This document shows positions 52,041 to 64,000 of a stretch of DNA of 64,000 bases, piece after piece. The notes beneath the pieces were generated by a model. It was not told the origin of the DNA and ran no database searches. It saw nothing but the letters and a program-made list of their open reading frames with translations. Position 1 is the first letter of the stretch. Each line of letters opens with the position of its first letter. Source of the DNA: Eledone cirrhosa (Eukaryota); NCBI GenBank assembly GCA_964016885.1, contig OZ024741.1, positions 28,830,001 through 28,894,000 on the forward strand. The letters run 5' to 3'. The position numbers and the translations under genes are program-made.

Positions 52041-54656
52041 GATGTATCTCTTCTGTGTCTATTGTATTGTGTGGTGGTGCAGTTATAACAGTGGCACACA
52101 TTGTCTCAGAGTGTCTGGAGAAGATGTATCTCTTCTGTGTCTATTGTATTGTGTGGTGGTGCAGTTATAACAGTGGCACACATTGTCTCAGAGTGTCTGG
52201 AGAAGATGTATCTCTTCTGTGTCTAATGTGTGGTGGTGCAGTTATAACAGTGGCACACATTGTCTCAGAGTGTCTGGAGAAGATGTATCTCTTCTGTGTC
52301 TATTGTGTGGTGGTGCAGTTATAACAGTGGCACACATTGTCTCAGAGTGTCTGGAGAAGATGTATCTCTTCTGTGTCTAATGTGTGGTGGTGCAGTTATA
52401 ACAGTGGCACACATTGTCTCAGTGTGCCTGGAGAAGATGTATCTCCTCTGTGTCTATTGTGTGGTGGTGCAGTTATAACAGTGGCACACATTGTCTCAGA
52501 ATGTCTGGAGAAGATGTATCTCCTCTGTGTCTATTGTGTGGTGGTGCAGTTATAACAGTGGCACACATTGTCTCAGAATGTCTGGAGAAGATGTATCTCT
52601 TCTGTGTCTAATGTGTGGTGGTGCAGTTATAACAGTGGCACACATTGTCTCAGAGTGTCTGGAGAAGATGTATCTCTTCTGTCTCTAATGTGTGGTGGTG
52701 CAGTTATAACAGTGGCACACATTGTCTCAGAGTGCCTGGAGAAGATGTATCTCCTCTGTGTCTATTGTGTGGTGGTGCAGTTATAACAGTGGCACACATT
52801 GTCTCAGAATGTCTGGAGAAGATGTATCCCCTCTGTGTCTATTGTGTAGTGGTGCAGTTATAACAGTGGCATACATTGTCTCAGAGTGTCTGGAGAAGAT
52901 GTATCTCCTCTGTGTCTATTGTGTCGTGGTGCAGTTATAACAATGGCATACATTGTCTCAGAGTGTCTGGAGAAGATGTATCTCCTCTGTGTCTATTGTG
53001 TAGTGGTGCAGTTATAACAGTGGCATACATTGTCTCAGAGTGTCTGGAGAAGACGTTTCTCCTCTGTGTCTATTGTGTGGTGGTGCAGTTATAACAGTGG
53101 CACACATTGTCTCAGAGTGTCTGGAGAAGATGTTTCTCCTCTGTGTCTATTGTGTGGTGGTGCAGTTATAACAGTGGCATACATTGTCTCAGAGTGTCTG
53201 GAGAAGATGTATCTCCTCTGTGTCTATTGTGTGGTGGTGCAGTTATAACAGTGGCATACATTGTCTCAGAGTGTCTGGAGAAGATGTATCTCCTCTGTGT
53301 CTATTGTGTGGTGGTGCAGTTATAACAGTGGCACACATTGTCTCAGAGTGTCTGGAGAAGATGTATCGCCTCTGTGTCTATTGTGTGGTGGTGCAGTTAT
53401 AACAGTGGAACACATTGTCTCAGAGTGTCTGGAGAAGATGTATCTCCTCTGTGTCTATTGTGTGGTGGTGCAGTTATAACAGTGGAACACATTGCCTCAG
53501 AGTGTCTGGAGAAGATGTATCTCCTCTGTGTCTATTGTGTGGTGGTGCAGTTATAACAGTGGCACACATTGTCTCAGAGTGTCTGAAAAAGATGTATCTC
53601 CTCTGTGTCTATTGTGTAGTGGTGCAGTTATAACAGTGGCACACATTGTCTCAGAGTGTCTGGAGAAGATGTATCTCCTCTGTGTCTATTGTGTGATGGT
53701 GCAGTTATAACAGTGGCACACATTGTCTCAGAGTGTCTGGAGAAGATGTATCTCCCCTGTGTCTATTGTGTGATGGTGCAGTTATAACAGTGGCACACAT
53801 TGTCTCAGAGTGTCTGGATAAGATGTATCTCCTCTGTGTCTATTGTGTGGTGGTGCAGTTATAACAGTGGCTCACATTGTCTCAGAGTGTCTGGAGAAGA
53901 TGTATCTCTTCTGTGTCTATGGTGTGGTGGTGCAGTTATAACAGTGGCACACATTGTCTCAGAGTGTCTTGAGAAGATGTATCTCTTCTGTGTCTATTGT
54001 GTGGTGGTGCAGTTATAACAGTGGCACACATTGTCTCAGAGTGTCTGGAGAAGATGTATTTCCTTTGTGTATATTGTGTAGTGGTGCAGTTATAACATTG
54101 GCACACATTGTCTCAGAGTGTCTGGAGACGATGTATCTCTTCTGTGTCTATTGTATTGTGTGGTGGTGCAGTTATAACAGTGGCACACATTGTCTCAGAG
54201 TGTCTGGAGAAGATGTATCTCTTCTGTGTCTATTGTATTGTGTGGTGGTGCAGCTATAACAGTGGCACACATTGTCTCAGAGTGTCTGGAGAAGATGTAT
54301 CTCTTCTGTGTCTAATGTGTGGTGGTGCAGTTATAACAGTGGCACACATTGTCTCAGAGTGTCTGGAGAAGATGTATCTCTTCTGTGTCTATTGTGTGGT
54401 GGTGCAGTTATAACAGTGGCACACATTGTCTCAGAGTGTCTGGAGAAGATGTATCTCTTCTGTGTCTAATGTGTGGTGGTGCAGTTATAACAGTGGCACA
54501 CATTGTCTCAGTGTGCCCGGAGAAGATGTATCTCCTCTGTGTCTATTGTGTGGTGGTGCAGTTATAACAGTGGCACACATTGTCTCAGAATGTCTGGAGA
54601 AGATGTATCTCCTCTGTGTCTATTGTGTGGTGGTGCAGTTATAACAGTGGCACACA

Positions 54657-57600
54657 TTGTCTCAGAATGTCTGGAGAAGATGTATCTCCTCTGTGTCTAT
54701 TGTGTGGTGGTGCAGTTATAACAGTGGCACACATTGTCTCAGAATGTCTGGAGAAGATGTATCTCTTCTGTGTCTAATGTGTGGTGGTGCAGTTATAACA
54801 GTGGCACACATTGTCTCAGAGTGTCTGGAGAAGATGTATCTCTTCTGTCTCTAATGTGTGGTGGTGCAGTTATAACAGTGGCACACATTGTCTCAGAGTG
54901 CCTGGAGAAGATGTATCTCCTCTGTGTCTATTGTGTGGTGGTGCAGTTATAACAGTGGCACACATTGTCTCAGAATGTCTGGAGAAGATGTATCTCCTCT
55001 GTGTCTATTGTGTAGTGGTGCAGTTATAACAGTGGCATACATTGTCTCAGAGTGTCTGGAGAAGATGTATCTCCTCTGTGTCTATTGTGTCGTGGTGCAG
55101 TTATAACAATGGCATACATTGTCTCAGAGTGTCTGGAGAAGATGTATCTCCTCTGTGTCTATTGTGTAGTGGTGCAGTTATAACAGTGGCATACATTGTC
55201 TCAGAGTGTCTGGAGAAGACGTTTCTCCTCTGTGTCTATTGTGTGGTGGTGCAGTTATAACAGTGGCACACATTGTCTCAGAGTGTCTGGAGAAGATGTT
55301 TCTCCTCTGTGTCTATTGTGTGGTGGTGCAGTTATAACAGTGGCATACATTGTCTCAGAGTGTCTGGAGAAGATGTATCTCCTCTGTGTCTATTGTGTGG
55401 TGGTGCAGTTATAACAGTGGCATACATTGTCTCAGAGTGTCTGGAGAAGATGTATCTCCTCTGTGTCTATTGTGTGGTGGTGCAGTTATAACAGTGGAAC
55501 ACATTGTCTCAGAGTGTCTGGAGAAGATGTATCGCCTCTGTGTCTATTGTGTGGTGGTGCAGTTATAACAGTGGCATACATTGTCTCAGAGTGTCTGGGG
55601 AAGTTGTATCTCCTCTGTGTCTATTGTGTAGTGGTGCAGTTATAACAGTGGAACACATTGTCTCAGAGTGTCTGGAGAAGATGTATCTCCTCTGTGTCTA
55701 TTGTGTGGTGGTGCAGTTATAACAGTGGCATACATTGTCTCAGAGTGTCTGGGGAAGTTGTATCTCCTCTGTGTCTATTGTGTAGTGGTGCAGTTATAAC
55801 AGTGGAACACATTGTCTCAGAGTGTCTGGAGAAGATGTATCGCCTCTGTGTCTATTGTGTGGTGGTGCAGTTATAACAGTGGAACACATTGTCTCAGAGT
55901 GTCTGGAGAAGATGTATCTCCTCTGTGTCTATTGTGTAGTGGTGCAGTTATAACAGTGGAACACATTGTCTCAGAGTGTCTGGAGAAGATGTATCTCCTC
56001 TGTGTCTATTGTGTGGTGGTGCAGTTATAACAGTGGAACACATTGCCTCAGAGTGTCTGGAGAAGATGTATCTCCTCTGTGTCTATTGTGTGGTGGTGCA
56101 GTTATAACAGTGGCACACATTGTCTCAGAGTGTCTGAAAAAGATGTATCTCCTCTGTGTCTATTGTGTAGTGGTGCAGTTATAACAGTGGCACACATTGT
56201 CTCAGAGTGTCTGGAGAAGACGTTACTCCTCTGTGTCTATTGTGTGGTGGTGCAGTTATAACAGTGGCATACATTGTCTCAGAGTGTCTGGGGAAGTTGT
56301 ATCTCCTCTGTGTCTATTGTGTAGTGGTGCAGTTATAACAGTGGCATACATTGTCTCAGAGTGTCTGGAGAAGATGTATCTCCTCTGTGTCTATTGTGTA
56401 GTGGTGCAGTTATAACAGTGGCATACATTGTCTCAGAGTGTCTGGAGAAGATGTATCTCCTCTGTGTCTATTGTGTAGTGGTGCAGTTATAACAGTGGCA
56501 TACATTGTCTCAGAGTGTCTGGAGAAGATGTATCTCCTCTGTGTCTATTGTGTAGTGGTGCAGTTATAACAGTGGCATACATTGTCTCAGAGTGTCTGGA
56601 GAAGACGTTTCTCCTCTGTGTCTATTGTGTGGTGGTGCAGTTATAACAGTGGCACACATTGTCTCAGAGTGTCTGGAGAAGATGTTTCTCCTCTGTGTCT
56701 ATTGTGTGGTGGTGCAGTTATAACAGTGGCACACATTGTCTCAGAGTGTCTTGAGAAGATGTATCTCTTCTGTGTCTATTGTGTGGTGGTGCAGTTATAA
56801 CAGTGGCACACATTGCCTCAGAGTGTCTGGAAAAGATGTATTTCCTTTGTGTATATTGTGTAGTGGTGCAGTTATAACAGTGGCACACATTGTCTCAGAG
56901 TGTCTTGAGAAGATGTATCTCCTCTGTGTCTATTGTGTGGTGGTGCAGTTATAACAGTGGCACACATTGTCTCAGAGTGTCTGGAGAAGATGTATTTCCT
57001 TTGTGTATATTGTGTAGTGGTGCAGTTATAACATTGGCACACATTGTCTCAGAGTGTCTGGAGACGATGTATCTCTTCTGTGTCTATTGTATTGTGTGGT
57101 GGTGCAGTTATAACAGTGGCACACATTGTCTCAGAGTGTCTGGAGAAGATGTATCTCTTCTGTGTCTATTGTATTGTGTGGTGGTGCAGTTATAACAGTG
57201 GCACACATTGTATCAGAGTGTCTGGAGAAGATGTATCTCTTCTGTGTCTAATGTGTGGTGGTGCAGTTATAACAGTGGCACACATTGTCTCAGAGTGTCT
57301 GGAGAAGATGTATCTCTTCTGTGTCTATTGTGTGGTGGTGCAGTTATAACAGTGGCACACATTGTCTCAGAGTGTCTGGAGAAGATGTATCTCCTCTGTG
57401 TCTATTGTGTGGTGGTGCAGTTATAACAGTGGCACACATTGTCTCAGAATGTCTGGAGAAGATGTATCTCTTCTGTGTCTAATGTGTGGTGGTGCAGTTA
57501 TAACAGTGGCACACATTGTCTCAGAGTGTCTGGAGAAGATGTATCTCTTCTGTCTCTAATGTGTGGTGGTGCAGTTATAACAGTGGCACACATTGTCTCA

Positions 57601-60060
57601 GAGTGCCTGGAGAAGATGTATCTCCTCTGTGTCTATTGTGTGGTGGTGCAGTTATAACAGTGGCACACATTGTCTCAGAATGTCTGGAGAAGATGTATCT
57701 CCTCTGTGTCTATTGTGTAGTGGTGCAGTTATAACAGTGGCATACATTGTCTCAGAGTGTCTGGAGAAGATGTATCTCCTCTGTGTCTATTGTGTCGTGG
57801 TGCAGTTATAACAATGGCATACATTGTCTCAGAGTGTCTGGAGAAGATGTATCTCCTCTGTGTCTATTGTGTAGTGGTGCAGTTATAACAGTGGCATACA
57901 TTGTCTCAGAGTGTCTGGAGAAGACGTTTCTCCTCTGTGTCTATTGTGTGGTGGTGCAGTTATAACAGTGGCACACATTGTCTCAGAGTGTCTGGAGAAG
58001 ATGTTTCTCCTCTGTGTCTATTGTGTGGTGGTGCAGTTATAACAGTGGCATACATTGTCTCAGAGTGTCTGGAGAAGATGTATCTCCTCTGTGTCTATTG
58101 TGTGGTGGTGCAGTTATAACAGTGGCATACATTGTCTCAGAGTGTCTGGAGAAGATGTATCTCCTCTGTGTCTATTGTGTGGTGGTGCAGTTATAACAGT
58201 GGAACACATTGTCTCAGAGTGTCTGGAGAAGATGTATCGCCTCTGTGTCTATTGTGTGGTGGTGCAGTTATAACAGTGGCATACATTGTCTCAGAGTGTC
58301 TGGGGAAGTTGTATCTCCTCTGTGTCTATTGTGTAGTGGTGCAGTTATAACAGTGGAACACATTGTCTCAGAGTGTCTGGAGAAGATGTATCTCCTCTGT
58401 GTCTATTGTGTGGTGGTGCAGTTATAACAGTGGCATACATTGTCTCAGAGTGTCTGGGGAAGTTGTATCTCCTCTGTGTCTATTGTGTAGTGGTGCAGTT
58501 ATAACAGTGGAACACATTGTCTCAGAGTGTCTGGAGAAGATGTATCGCCTCTGTGTCTATTGTGTGGTGGTGCAGTTATAACAGTGGAACACATTGTCTC
58601 AGAGTGTCTGGAGAAGATGTATCTCCTCTGTGTCTATTGTGTAGTGGTGCAGTTATAACAGTGGAACACATTGTCTCAGAGTGTCTGGAGAAGATGTATC
58701 TCCTCTGTGTCTATTGTGTGGTGGTGCAGTTATAACAGTGGAACACATTGCCTCAGAGTGTCTGGAGAAGATGTATCTCCTCTGTGTCTACTGTGTGGTG
58801 GTGCAGTTATAACAGTGGCACACATTGTCTCAGAGTGTCTGAAAAAGATGTATCTCCTCTGTGTCTATTGTGTAGTGGTGCAGTTATAACAGTGGCACAC
58901 ATTGTCTCAGAGTGTCTGGAGAAGACGTTACTCCTCTGTGTCTATTGTGTGGTGGTGCAGTTATAACAGTGGCATACATTGTCTCAGAGTGTCTGGGGAA
59001 GTTGTATCTCCTCTGTGTCTATTGTGTAGTGGTGCAGTTATAACAGTGGCATACATTGTGTCAGAGTGTCTGGAGAAGATGTATCTCCTCTGTGTCTATT
59101 GTGTAGTGGTGCAGTTATAACAGTGGCATACATTGTCTCAGAGTGTCTGGAGAAGATGTATCTCCTCTGTGTCTATTGTGTAGTGGTGCAGTTATAACAG
59201 TGGCATACATTGTCTCAGAGTGTCTGGAGAAGATGTATCTCCTCTGTGTCTATTGTGTAGTGGTGCAGTTATAACAGTGGCATACATTGTCTCAGAGTGT
59301 CTGGAGAAGACGTTTCTCCTCTGTGTCTATTGTGTGGTGGTGCAGTTATAACAGTGGCACACATTGTCTCAGAGTGTCTGGAGAAGATGTTTCTCCTCTG
59401 TGTCTATTGTGTGGTGGTGCAGTTATAACAGTGGCACACATTGTCTCAGAGTGTCTTGAGAAGATGTATCTCTTCTGTGTCTATTGTGTGGTGGTGCAGT
59501 TATAACAGTGGCACACATTGCCTCAGAGTGTCTGGAGAAGATGTATTTCCTTTGTGTATATTGTGTAGTGGTGCAGTTATAACAGTGGCACACATTGTCT
59601 CAGAGTGTCTTGAGAAGATGTATCTCCTCTGTGTCTATTGTGTGGTGGTGCAGTTATAACAGTGGCACACATTGTCTCAGAGTGTCTGGAGAAGATGTAT
59701 TTCCTTTGTGTATATTGTGTAGTGGTGCAGTTATAACATTGGCACACATTGTCTCAGAGTGTCTGGAGACGATGTATCTCTTCTGTGTCTATTGTATTGT
59801 GTGGTGGTGCAGTTATAACAGTGGCACACATTGTCTCAGAGTGTTTGGAGAAGATGTATCTCTTCTGTGTCTATTGTATTGTGTGGTGGTGCAGTTATAA
59901 CAGTGGCACACATTGTATCAGAGTGTCTGGAGAAGATGTATCTCTTCTGTGTCTAATGTGTGGTGGTGCAGTTATAACAGTGGAACACATTGTCTCAGAG
60001 TGTCTGGAGAAGATGTATCTCTTCTGTGTCTATTGTGTGGTGGTGCAGTTATAACAGTGG
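54657..60060. repeat. Tandem higher-order duplication with period 2705 bp (35x77+10)
   Basis: ORFs 54734/57439, 56197/58902 and 56890/59595. Shared TATCGCC, GACGTTAC, TGTATCAG and GGGGAAGTTG variants. Confidence 0.9.
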
Positions 60061-63000
60061 CACACATTGTCTCAGAGTGTCTGGAGAAGATGTATCTCTT
60101 CTGTGTCTAATGTGTGGTGGTGCAGTTATAACAGTGGCACACATTGTCTCAGTGTGCCTGGAGAAGATGTATCTCCTCTGTGTCTATTGTGTGGTGGTGC
60201 AGTTATAACAGTGGCACACATTGTCTCAGAATGTCTGGAGAAGATGTATCTCCTCTGTGTCTATTGTGTGGTGGTGCAGTTATAACAGTGGCACACATTG
60301 TCTCAGAATGTCTGGAGAAGATGTATCTCTTCTGTGTCTAATGTGTGGTGGTGCAGTTATAACAGTGGCACACAATGTCTCAGAGTGCCTGGAGAAGATG
60401 TATCTCTTCTGTCTCTAATGTGTGGTGGTGCAGTTATAACAGTGGCACACATTGTCTCAGAGTGCCTGGAGAAGATGTATCTCCTCTGTGTCTATTGTGT
60501 GGTGGTGCAGTTATAACAGTGGCACACATTGTCTCAGAATGTCTGGAGAAGATGTATCTCCTCTGTGTCTATTGTGTGGTGGTGCAGTTATAACAGTGAC
60601 ACACATTGTCTCAGAGTGTCTGGAGAAGATGTATCTCCTCTGTGTCTATTGTGTGGTGGTGCAGTTATAACAGTGGCACACATTGTCTGAGAGTGTCTGG
60701 AGAAGATGTATCTCCCCTGTGTCTATTGTGTGGTGGTGCAGTTATAACAGTGGCACACATTGTCTCAGAGTGTCTGGAGAAGATGTATCTCCTCTGTGTC
60801 TATTGTGTGGTGGTGCAGTTATAACAGTGGCACACATTGTCTCAGAGTGTCTGGAGAAGATGTATCTCCTCTGTGTCTATTGTGTGGTGGTGCAGTTATA
60901 ACAGTGGCACACATTGTCTCAGAATGTCCGGAGAAGATGTATCTCTTCTGTGTCTAATGTGTGGTGGTGCAGTTATAACAGTGGCACACATTGTCTCAGA
61001 GTGTCTGGAGAAGATGTATCTCCTCTGTGTCTATTGTGTAGTGGTGCAGTTATAACAGTGGCACACATTGTCTCAGAGTGTCTGGAGAAGATGTATCTCT
61101 TCTGTCTCTAATGTGTGGTGGTGCAGTTATAACAGTGGCACACATTGTCTCAGAATGTCTGGAGAAGATGTATCTCCTCTGTGTCTATTGTGTAGTGGTG
61201 CAGTTATAACAGTGGCATACATTGTCTCAGAGTGTCTGGAGAAGATGTATCTCCTCTGTGTCTATTGTGGCGTGGTGCAGTTATAACAATGGCATACATT
61301 GTCTCAGAGTGTCTGGAGAAGATGTATCTCCTCTGTGTCTATTGTGTAGTGGTGCAGTTATAACAGTGGCATACATTGTCTCAGAGTGTCTGGAGAAGAC
61401 GTTTCTCCTCTGTGTCTATTGTGTGGTGGTGCAGTTATAACAGTGGCACACATTGTCTCAGAGTGTCTGGAGAAGATGTTTCTCCTCTGTGTCTATTGTG
61501 TGGTGGTGCAGTTATAACAGTGGCATACATTGTCTCAGAGTGTCTGGAGAAGATGTATCTCCTCTGTGTCTATTGTGTGGTGGTGCAGTTATAACAGTGG
61601 CATACATTGTCTCAGAGTGTCTGGAGAAGATGTATCTCCTCTGTGTCTATTGTGTGGTGGTGCAGTTATAACAGTGGAACACATTGTCTCAGAGTGTCTG
61701 GAGAAGATGTATCTCCTCTGTGTCTATTGTGTGGTGGTGCAGTTATAACAGTGGAACACATTGTCTCAGAGTGTCTGGAGAAGATGTATCTCCTCTGTGT
61801 CTATTGTGTGGTGGTGCAGTTATAACAGTGGAACACATTGCCTCAGAGTGTCTGGAGAAGATGTATCTCCTCTGTGTCTATTGTGTGGTGGTGCAGTTAT
61901 AACAGTGGCACACATTGTCTCAGAGTGTCTGAAAAAGATGTATCTCCTCTGTGTCTATTGTGTAGTGGTGCAGTTATAACAGTGGCACACATTGTCTCAG
62001 AGTGTCTGGAGAAGATGTATCTCCTCTGTGTCTATTGTGTGATGGTGCAGTTATAACAGTGGCACACATTGTCTCAGAGTGTCTGGAGAAGATGTATCTC
62101 CTCTGTGTCTATTGTGTGGTGGTGCAGTTATAACAGTGGCTCACATTGTCTCAGAGTGTCTGGAGAAGATGTATCTCTTCTGTGTCTATGGTGTGGTGGT
62201 GCAGTTATAACAGTGGCACACATTGTCTCAGAGTGTCTTGAGAAGATGTATCTCTTCTGTGTCTATTGTGTGGTGGTGCAGTTATAACAGTGGCACACAT
62301 TGTCTCAGAGTGTCTGGAGAAGATGTATTTCCTTTGTGTATATTGTGTAGTGGTGCAGTTATAACATTGGCACACATTGTCTCAGAGTGTCTGGAGACGA
62401 TGTATCTCTTCTGTGTCTATTGTATTGTGTGGTGGTGCAGTTATAACAGTGGCACACATTGTCTCAGAGTGTCTGGAGAAGATGTATCTCTTCTGTGTCT
62501 ATTGTATTGTGTGGTGGTGCAGTTATAACAGTGGCACACATTGTCTCAGAGTTTCTGGAGAAGATGTATCTCTTCTGTGTCTAATGTGTGGTGGTGCAGT
62601 TATAACAGTGGCACACATTGTCTCAGAGTGTCTGGAGAAGATGTATCTCTTCTGTGTCTATTGTGTGGTGGTGCAGTTATAACAGTGGCACACATTGTCT
62701 CAGAGTGTCTGGAGAAGATGTATCTCTTCTGTGTCTAATGTGTGGTGGTGCAGTTATAACAGTGGCACACATTGTCTCAGTGTGCCTGGAGAAGATGTAT
62801 CTCCTCTGTGTCTATTGTGTGGTGGTGCAGTTATAACAGTGGCACACACTGTCTCAGAATGTCTGGAGAAGATGTATCTCCTCTGTGTCTATTGTGTGGT
62901 GGTGCAGTTATAACAGTGGCACACATTGTCTCAGAATGTCTGGAGAAGATGTATCTCTTCTGTGTCTAATGTGTGGTGGTGCAGTTATAACAGTGGCACA

Positions 63001-64000
63001 CATTGTCTCAGAGTGCCTGGAGAAGATGTATCTCTTCTGTGTCTATTGTGTGGTGGTGCAGTTATAACAGTGGCACACATTGTCTCAGAATGTCTGGAGA
63101 AGATGTATCTCCTCTGTGTCTATTGTGTGGTGGTGCAGTTATAACAGTGACACACATTGTCTCAGAGTGTCTGGAGAAGATGTATCTCCTCTGTGTCTAT
63201 TGTGTGGTGGTGCAGTTATAACAGTGGCACACATTGTCTCAGAGTGTCTGGAGAAGATGTATCTCCCCTGTGTCTATTGTGTGGTGGTGCAGTTATAACA
63301 GTGGCACACATTGTCTCAGAGTGTCTGGAGAAGATGTATCTCCTCTGTGTCTATTGTGTGGTGGTGCAGTTATAACAGTGGCACACATTGTCTCAGAGTG
63401 TCTGGAGAAGATGTATCTCCTCTGTGTCTATTGTGTGGTGGTGCAGTTATAACAGTGGCACACATTGTCTCAGAGTGTCTGGAGAAGATGTATCTCTTCT
63501 GTGTCTATTGTGTGTTGGTGCAGTTATAACAGTGGCACACATTGCCTCAGAGTGTCTGGAGAAGATGTATCTCCTCTGTGTCTATTGTGTAGTGGTGCAG
63601 TTATAACAATGGCATACATTGTCTCAGAGTGTCTGGAGAAGACGTTTCTCCTCTGTGTCTATTGTGTGGTGGTGCAGTTATAACAGTGGCACACATTGTC
63701 TCAGAGTGTCTGGAGAAGATGTATCTCCTCTGTGTCTATTGTGTAGTGGTGCAGTTATAACAATGGCATACATTGTCTCAGAGTGTCTGGAGAAGATGTA
63801 TCTCCTCTGTGTCTATTGTGTGGTGGTGCAGTTATAACAGTGGCATACATTGTCTCAGAGTGTCTGGAGAAGACGTTACTCCTCTGTGTCTATTGTGTGG
63901 TGGTGCAGTTATAACAGTGGCACACATTGTCTCAGAGTGTCTGGAGAAGATGTATCTCCTCTGTGTCTATTGTGTAGTGGTGCAGTTATAACAGTGGCAT

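Larger units (their letters stand above)
28604..62509. repeat. 82-bp monomer subfamily (TATTG duplicated to TATTGTATTG), 20 copies dispersed in the array
   Basis: Singles at 28604 and 32844. Adjacent pairs at 36314/36396, 40867/40949, 44418/44500, 48894/48976, 52060/52142, 54149/54231, 57085/57167, 59790/59872 and 62418/62500. Confidence 0.95.
1..64000. repeat. 77-bp tandem satellite array, about 830 head-to-tail monomers, running off both window edges
   Basis: The unit GTCTCAGAGTGTCTGGAGAAGATGTATCTCCTCTGTGTCTATTGTGTGGTGGTGCAGTTATAACAGTGGCACACATT recurs continuously in one orientation. ORF-track starts step by 77 (153, 230, 307...). Phase is conserved to 63773 after allowing +95 bp of indels. 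Confidence 0.99.

Noticed and set aside
153-63991. Hundreds of 60-123 aa Cys/Val-rich ORFs with CxxC-like motifs (CLLC, CVYC)
   Set aside because: Arithmetic artefact. The + strand consensus has one stop triplet (TAA in TTATAA), and 77 is not divisible by 3, so each frame is open for about three monomers. The ORFs overlap in all frames, mostly start at TTG/GTG, and longer ones coincide with the indel monomers. Cys and Val reflect TGT/GTG richness.
1-64000. CRISPR-like array (period 77 bp, partly palindromic)
   Set aside because: No unique spacers: the entire unit is repeated. There is no leader and no cas gene.
1-64000. CENP-B box
   Set aside because: It needs TTCG....A..CGGG. The consensus has no CpG and I saw no variant with this motif.
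1-64000. Whole window as a sequencing or rolling-circle concatemer artefact
   Set aside because: Variants are hierarchically shared, change gradually along the array and include copy-private differences, which fits evolved genomic satellite. Individual block copy numbers still need read validation.

Overview
The whole 64 kb window is one uninterrupted head-to-tail tandem satellite array with no unique sequence, inversion or inserted element that I can see. The consensus 77-bp monomer is GTCTCAGAGTGTCTGGAGAAGATGTATCTCCTCTGTGTCTATTGTGTGGTGGTGCAGTTATAACAGTGGCACACATT (45% GC, 62% G+T on the + strand, no CpG), present in about 830 copies. Monomers differ mostly by 0-5 substitutions. The only indels I found are five 76-bp monomers and twenty 82-bp monomers (TATTG duplication). 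Their net +95 bp matches the phase shift of the ORF track: 63773-76-95 = 826x77. Shared variants show nested, irregular higher-order duplications (2, 8, 11, 21, 22, 24, 35, 55, 57 and about 104-105 monomers) and a left-to-right turnover of monomer subfamilies. All listed ORFs are by-products of the repeat. I find no gene, RNA gene, CRISPR array or transposon. The organism and function cannot be determined from the sequence; eukaryotic (peri)centromeric or subtelomeric satellite DNA is an inference. I did not find evidence for a new gene-based system; what is of interest is the array architecture. Block boundaries are accurate to about one monomer.
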